From: Prorocentrum cordatum
Lineage: Eukaryota
DNA length: 64,000 bases
Assembly (NCBI GenBank): GCA_963575745.1
Contig: CAUYUJ010000256.1
Span: 1 to 64,000 of the forward strand
Direction: 5' to 3'
A program made the position numbers and the translations under genes. Positions 57,592-64,000 of the stretch are shown here, one piece after another. The notes under the pieces are model-generated. The model saw only the letters and a program-made list of their open reading frames with translations, made no database searches and was not told where the DNA came from. Position 1 is the stretch's first letter. Every line of letters begins with the position of its first letter.

Positions 57592-59395
57592 CGGCGACGA
57601 CGACGACGGCGGCGACGACGACGACGAGATCCGCCCGCGGGCCTCCGAGCTTCCGCGGTCGCGGCACCAGTGCGCCGCGCGGCGCCCGCGCGCCGTGGGC
57701 GCCGCCCCGGACGGCGAGGCCCTCGGCCTGCGCGCCAGGAGGGGGGGAGTTGCAAGAGAGGTGTGCGCCCCCCACTCCGCCTTCTCCTCCCTCCCTCCCT
57801 CCCTCCCTCCCTCTCCCCCTCACTCCCCCTCCTCCTCCTGCTCCTCCTCCTCCTCCTCCTCCTCCGCCTGCTGCTCCTGCTGCTGCTGCTGCTGCTCCTC
57901 CTCCTCCTCCTCCTCCTCCTCCTGCTCCTCCTCCTCTTTCCTTCTCCTCCTCTCCTCCTCCTCCACCTCCTGCACTCCTCTCCTCCTCCCCCTCCTCCTC
58001 CTCCTCTCCTCCTCCTCCTCCTCCTCCTCCTCTTCCTCCTCCTCCTCCTCCTCCTCCTCCTCCTCCTCCCTCCTCCTCCTCCTCTACTCCGCCTCCTCCT
58101 GCTCCTCCTCCTCCTCTGCTCCTCTCCTCCTCCTCCTCCTCCTCTTCCTCCTCCTCCTCCTCCTCCTCTCCTCCCTCCTCCTCCCTCCCTCCTCCTCCTT
58201 CCCTCCTCCCCCTTTCTTCCTCCTCCTCCTTCCCTCCTCCTCCTCATCCTCCTCCTCCTCCTCCTCCTCCTCCTCCTCCTCCTCCTCCTGCTCCTCCTCA
58301 TCCTCTTCCTCGTCCTCCTCCTCATCCTCCTCATCCTCCTGGTTCCTGGTTCCTGAGGGCTGGGCAATCGTGCCGACGAGGCCCACCCAGCCCTACTCTG
58401 CAGGGCTGGTGTGTAAAGTGGCGCCAATAACCGAAAGGGGATGCTACCCCAGGAGGAGTGGGAGAACGAGGAAGGGGACGGCACGGGAGGACACCAGCAG
58501 AGGAGGAGGGAGGCGAGGAGGCGAGGGAGAGCAGCAGGCACAACGAGGAGGGCCGGAAAGAGGGGAATGAGGTCCCAGCTAATCAGGGACCCCCACAGCG
58601 CCCTCCCCGAAAGCGGGCTGCACCGGGGACGTGCCGACCTGGGTTCCTGCAAAGGCGGTGAAGCGGGGGAGGGCGCAGGGGATTTCACCGTCGCTGGGGC
58701 CCCTAGTTCAACTACTGCGGTTGCTGAGGTCCGTCGGCCCCCTCCAACCCAACCCCGCATGTGACTGCTCCCTGCCCCCTCCGGTGGCTTGGCGGCGAGC
58801 GAGGGGGGGAAGTAAGAAGTAGAAGGCCTTCTCAGAAGGCGACGGGACTTCTCGGAAACCCTCGCGCCTTCTCAGAAGTAAGGGCTTAGAAGACTTCTCA
58901 GAAGGCCGGGACTTCCGAACCTTCTGAGAAGGCCTTCTCCTTTTCCCATCCCCCCCCTCGCTCGCCGCCGAGTGGCGGCCGCGAAAACGAAAAAGAACGA
59001 AACACAGGCTGGGGTCCGTGTTTGGTGCGCCTTGCGGTTCCACGGCTCGTGAAAACCGCCTGCTGCGGCGCTTGTTCGGAGGGCGCGTGAGCGGTGAGGC
59101 AAGCTCCAGGCAGACGGCTGCGACCCTGCCTGCGCCGTGCCCTCGCTGTCAGACGGCTCCAGGCGGCCGCGCGCAGCTCCTCCTGCTCTTCCTGCTCCTC
59201 CTCCTCCTCCTCCTCCTCCTCCTCCTCCTCCTCCTCCTCCTCCTCCTACTCCTGCTCCTCCTCCTCCTCCTCCTCCTCCTCCTCCTCCCCTCCTCCTCCT
59301 CCTCCTGCTCCTCCTCCTCCTGCTCCTCCTCCTCCTCCTCCTGCTCCTCCTCCTCCTTCTCCTGCTCCTCCTGCTCCTCTTCCTCGTCCTCTTCC

Positions 59396-59428
<33 letters not shown>

Positions 59429-59605
59429 TCGTCCTCCTCCGAGGATGGGGGGTTGTGGAGCCCCTCGTCGTTTTCCTACGGTGTTTATTATCGAGTGAAA
59501 CGCTATTTCACCCTTGAACTTTGATTGCTTGTGTCATTGTTCTGTTCGCCGTGATCCCCTCATACTGACATTGTCTCGTTGTATCGTTCTCTAGTGTTCT
59601 CTCTT

Positions 59606-59662
<57 letters not shown>

Positions 59663-59681
59663 TTGTCTATCTCCTGCACCA

Positions 59682-61682
59682 GGCCAATGCATGCCGATGC
59701 GATACAAATCCATTCCCAACCAACACCAATGCCGATGCAATGCCAATGGGGGAACACTTTCGTTCGGTAGATTTCAATAGGAATACTTTGTGGATGATGT
59801 CATTACGAATCCTTCTTCGGAGGATTTCAATAGCAATGCTTATGTGTAGGGTTTCGACAAGGATCCTCATGTGGAGGGTTTCACTGGGAATCCTTCATGT
59901 GGGAGGATTCAGTCGGAATCGTTCTTGTGGAGGGTTTCAATATGAGTCCGTCTGCGGAGGGAGCCATTGGGACTCGCCAGCGCAATGGCAACGCAATGCC
60001 AAAGCTTTGCCATCGCAATGCCAAACCAAAGCCAAGGCGATCCCAATTCAATGCCACTGCAATGCCAATGGGTGGTATCCTTTGTGGTAGATTCCAGCAG
60101 GGAATCCTACCTCTGGAGGGTTTCGATTGGAATCCTTCCGTGGGGGGGATCAGTCTGAATCTTTTATGTGGGGGGCTTTCTGAAGGATCCCTTCTTGAAG
60201 AAGGTAAGGAATCCTTCTGTGGTGGGAGCCATTCGAACTCGCCAGCGCAATGCCGAAGCAGTGCCAATGCAATGTCAAACCAATGCCAATGCAATGCCAA
60301 TGGGGGGAACTGTTTGTGGTTCAATAGCAATCCTTCTAAGAACCCTTCTTCTGGGGCTTTCAATAGGACATCTTATATGGAGGGCTTCGCATGTAACCCT
60401 GCTGTTGAGGATTTCAATTTGAATCCGTCTTGTGGGGGGGTTCGATAGGCATCCTTCTTGTGGGGGTGTTCACTCGGAATCCTTCTGTGAAGTGTTTGAA
60501 TGTGACTCGCCAGCGCAATGTCAACGAAATGCTCACGCTCTGCTAACGCACTGCCATCGCAATGCCAACGCAATGCCAATGCGACGCCAAACCGTTGCCA
60601 AACCAATGCCTATGCAGTGCTGATGGCGGGATTCCTGTCTTCCGACAGATTTCACTAAGAATCCTTACGTGGATGAGTTGGTTACGAATCCTTCTTCGGA
60701 AGATTTCGATAGGAATCCTCCCGTGGAGGGTTTCGATTGAAATATTTCTGTGGGGGGCAACTTTGAATCCCTCATGTGGGGCGTTCAAAAGGATCGCTTC
60801 TTGTGCAAGATTTTCATTGGAATCCTTCCGTGGGGGGAGCCATTAGAACTCGCCAGCACAATGCCAACGCAATACCAACGCAATGCTAAACAATGCCAAA
60901 GCGATACCAATTCAATGCCGATGCAATGCCAATGAGGGAAACGTTTGTGGTCGGGTTCAAGAAGAATCCTTCTATGGAGGGCGTCGGATGGAATCCCTCC
61001 GTGAGGGAGTTCAATGTGAACCCTTCTTGCGGGATGCTTCAATCGGGCTCCTTCTGGCGGGGGTTCAACAGGGATCATTCTGCGAAGGGAGGTGCTGGAA
61101 CTCGCCAGCGCAATGCCAGCGCAATGCCAACGCAGTGCCAACGCAATGCCACACCAATGCCAAAGCGACCCCAGCCCAATGCCAATGCACTGCCAATGGG
61201 GGAAATCCTTTGCGGTAGATTTCAATAGGAATCCTTATGCGGAGGGTTTCGCATGGGATCCTTCTGTGGAGGGTATCAATATGAACCGTTTTGTGGAGGG
61301 TTTCAATCGGAGTCCGTCTTGTAGAAGGTTTCAATCGGAGTCCTTCTGTGGAGGGCTCCAGTAGGACTTGCCAGCGCAATGCTTGCGAAATTCAAGCACA
61401 CTAGCAACGCACTGCCTAGCGCAATGCCAACGCAATCCCAATGCGATACCAAACCTTTGCCAAACCAATGCCAATGCAATGCCAATGCAATGCCAACGGG
61501 GGGTTCTTTGTTTCGACGCATCTCACGATCACTCCTTCTGCGGGTGATTTCAATTGGAATCCATATGTGGAGGATTTCAATACGAATCCTTGAGTGGATG
61601 GTTTCGATCGGAATCCTTCTGTAGAGGATTTCACTATGAATCCTCCTTGTGGGGGCGTTCAATAGGAATCCTTCTAGGGGGG
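59682..61682 (+). repeat. Duplicate of the higher-order composite satellite
   Basis: Matches 38950-40950 at offset 20732. Confidence 0.85.
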
Positions 61683-63294
61683 AGGGTAGATGAGGCCACG
61701 TCGCATTCCTTTTGTTTCGCCGCAGACCCCCCCCCCCAAAAAAAAACAAATAAACAAAGAAGTGTGTGTGTGTGGTTGTGTGTGTGTTTAAACTGTTTTT
61801 TGGGGGGGAGGGAGAAAGAAAAAAAAGGAGGAGGAGGAGGAGGAGGGGAGGAGGGGGAGGCGGAAGGAGAGGAGGACGCCACAGAATACGCACACCATTG
61901 AAAGACGCACGCGCGAACGCGTGTGAAAGCCTCGCGCGCGCGCCCTGGAGCCCCGAGGGGCTCCACAATCCCCCGTTCTCTCCTCCTCCTCCTCCTCCTC
62001 CTCCTCCTCCTCCTCCTCCTCCTCCTCCTCCCTCCTCCTCCTCCTCTCCTCCTCCCTCCTCCCTCCTCCCTCCTCCCTCCCTCCTCTCCTCCTCCTCCTC
62101 CTCCTCCTCCTCCTCCTCCTCCTCCTCCTCCTCCTCCTCCTCCTCCTCCTTCCCTTCCCCTCTCCCTCCCTCCCTCTTCCCCTCTCCCTCCCTCCCTCCT
62201 TCCTTCGCGCCCTTCGGACGTTGCGTGCCCGTGGGGGACCGCGCCCTGCCCCTCCCCGCCAGATACACGGACGGAGGAGGTCCAACCACTCGCCTGCGAC
62301 TCCTATGATTGCCGCGGGCCGCGGCGTGGGCTGCCCGGTTTGCGGGTGGCCCCCCCCACGACGGCCCTCTGTGGAGACGCCCGTCGGGGGGCTGGCGATG
62401 CCATGCCAGCGGCCCGCCGAAGCGGCACCACCCGGCACGGACTGCCTGCCCCAGCCGCCGCCGCGCCCGCGGTGCGCCCACGCTGCTGGCGCGCCCTGGC
62501 GGGCGCCCGCCGCTGGCGCTCGGGTCACGGCGGCTGCGGGCGGCCCCACTGCCCTGGCGGCCCGGCGAGCTCCACGACAGCGCCCAGCTCCCGCGCCTCC
62601 CACCCCGCGTGCGCAGCCTCCGCCGGATCTCCCGCCGATAAGCCAGTCGGCACGGCCGAGGATACTGGCGCTCCTCTGACAGTGCACCGCCCTGCGTGCG
62701 CCGCTGCGCCGTCCCCTGGACAGGTGAACGGCTGTCTCTAGACCGTCCTGCACACGCGACACACGGGGATCTGGCCCACGCAATCCGTCCTGAGCGCCTC
62801 CTCCTCCTCCTCCTCCTCCTCCTCCTCCTCCTCCTCCTCCTCCTCCTCCTCTTCTCCTACCTCCTCCTCCTCCTCCTCCTCCTCCTCCTCCCTCCATCCA
62901 TCCATCCTCCCTCCCTCCCTCCCCACCACCATCTTCCCTCCCCCTCCTCCCTCCTCCCTTCCTCCCTCCCTCCCTCCCTCCTTCCGCCCTCTTCCGCCCC
63001 TCTTCCCTCCCTCATGTCCCCTCCCTCCCTCCCTCCCCCTCCCTCCACCCTCCCTCCCTCCCTTCCTCCCTCACCTCCCTCCTCCTCCTCCTCCTCCTCC
63101 TCCTCCTCCTCCCTCCCTCCCTCCCTCCCTCCTCCCTCCCTCCCTCCTCCTCCCTCCATGCCTCCTCCCGCCCTCCCACTCTCCCTCCTCCCTCCTCCCC
63201 TCCTCCTTCCTCCCTCCTCCCTCCCTCCTCCTCCTCCTCCGCCTCCTCCTCCTTTTCCTCCTTCTCCTCCTCCTCCTCCTCCTCCTCCTCCTCC

Positions 63295-63316
63295 TCCGTA
63301 GCCATTTTGGCTCAAG
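63295..63316 (+). other. DinoSL relic (duplicate)
   Basis: TCCGTAGCCATTTTGGCTCAAG. Confidence 0.95.
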
Positions 63317-63364
63317 GTTGGCTCCTCTGCGCGGCCGCAGCCGTTTCGCGGCCCGCCATAGAGG

Positions 63365-64000
63365 ATGCCCCCAGCGCAGCTGCGCGCCTTGGTGCGGGAC
63401 GGTGCGGAGCGAACGCACCGACGAGGCTGGGCGAGACTCTGCGCGGACAACGCCATCCGCAAGCTTCAGGACGAGGTCCAGAAGCTGAGGGAGGAGAACG
63501 TGCAGTGCCAGGCCCAGCTGAGAGAGGCGAAGGCTGAGGCGGAGGCACAGCACACACGGAGACTGCGCGCCGACGCCGAGCCCTTCGTGACCTGCGACAC
63601 GATGTGGAAGTTTGTGAAGCCGATCGTCGAGCCGGCAGCCGAAGAGCCGTGGTGGGGCTGGCAGTGGATGCAAGCCTACGCGGAGGAGGACTGCGCGAGT
63701 GGAACGGACGGACAGTGGCAGCCTCCAGCGAGTGTGCGCGGGAGCGACGGGCAGTGGCAGCCTCAAGTCGATGGTGGAAGTACATGCGAGAAGGACGGAC
63801 AGTGGCAGCATCAAGAAGGAGCGTGCGAGAAAGACGAGCTGTGGCAGCTACAGGCGGTCGAGCAGTGGCAGGCTTGCGAGAAGTGGGAGGCGAAGATGGA
63901 GCCCGACACTATAAAGCAAAACGTGACCACCTACAGCGCCGCAATCAGGACGTGCGAGAAGTGTGAAAAGGGAAAGCAGTGGCAGCTTCATGAAGGTTTG
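63365..64000 (+). CDS. 5' part of the duplicated SL-tagged retrogene, running off the window
   Basis: Matches 42645-43280. Confidence 0.7.
   Translation, partial: MPPAQLRALVRDGAERTHRRGWARLCADNAIRKLQDEVQKLREENVQCQAQLREAKAEAEAQHTRRLRADAEPFVTCDTMWKFVKPIVEPAAEEPWWGWQWMQAYAEEDCASGTDGQWQPPASVRGSDGQWQPQVDGGSTCEKDGQWQHQEGACEKDELWQLQAVEQWQACEKWEAKMEPDTIKQNVTTYSAAIRTCEKCEKGKQWQLHEGL

Larger units (their letters stand above)
49878..64000 (+). repeat. ~14-kb direct duplication of ~29340-43280, starting at the gap
   Basis: Unique segments appear essentially identical (offset 20.5-20.75 kb); differences are concentrated in microsatellites. Confidence 0.95.

Overview
Eukaryotic, repeat-dense DNA from a dinoflagellate. 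The assignment rests on a perfect 22-nt dinoflagellate spliced leader at 42575 and 63295, GC/GA splice donors and dinoflagellate-type PPR repeats; a Prorocentrum-like genome is only an inference. The key signal is at 1-12461: a head-to-tail array of an ~8.3-kb element, with one complete unit and two partial ones. Each unit carries two minus-strand genes. One is a three-exon ~672-aa rolling-circle Rep-like protein (DEK-C-like N-terminus, HUH endonuclease, SF3 helicase, SAM-like C-terminus). The other is an IS630/Tc1/mariner transposase with DD35D spacing. Units are joined through a 278-bp imperfect palindrome whose 96-bp arms each hold six 11-bp CCAGTGACTTA repeats. I know of no described element pairing a HUH-SF3 Rep with a Tc1/mariner transposase, but no database search was possible. 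The rest of the window holds a ~10-kb (TAC)n tract, a spliced PPR gene, decayed PPR pieces, an SL-tagged intronless retrogene, a decayed LINE, small MITE/SINE-like repeats and many satellites. A 100-N gap is followed by 49878-64000, which repeats ~29340-43280 and is probably an assembly or haplotype duplication. Most ORF-track entries are low-complexity artefacts.
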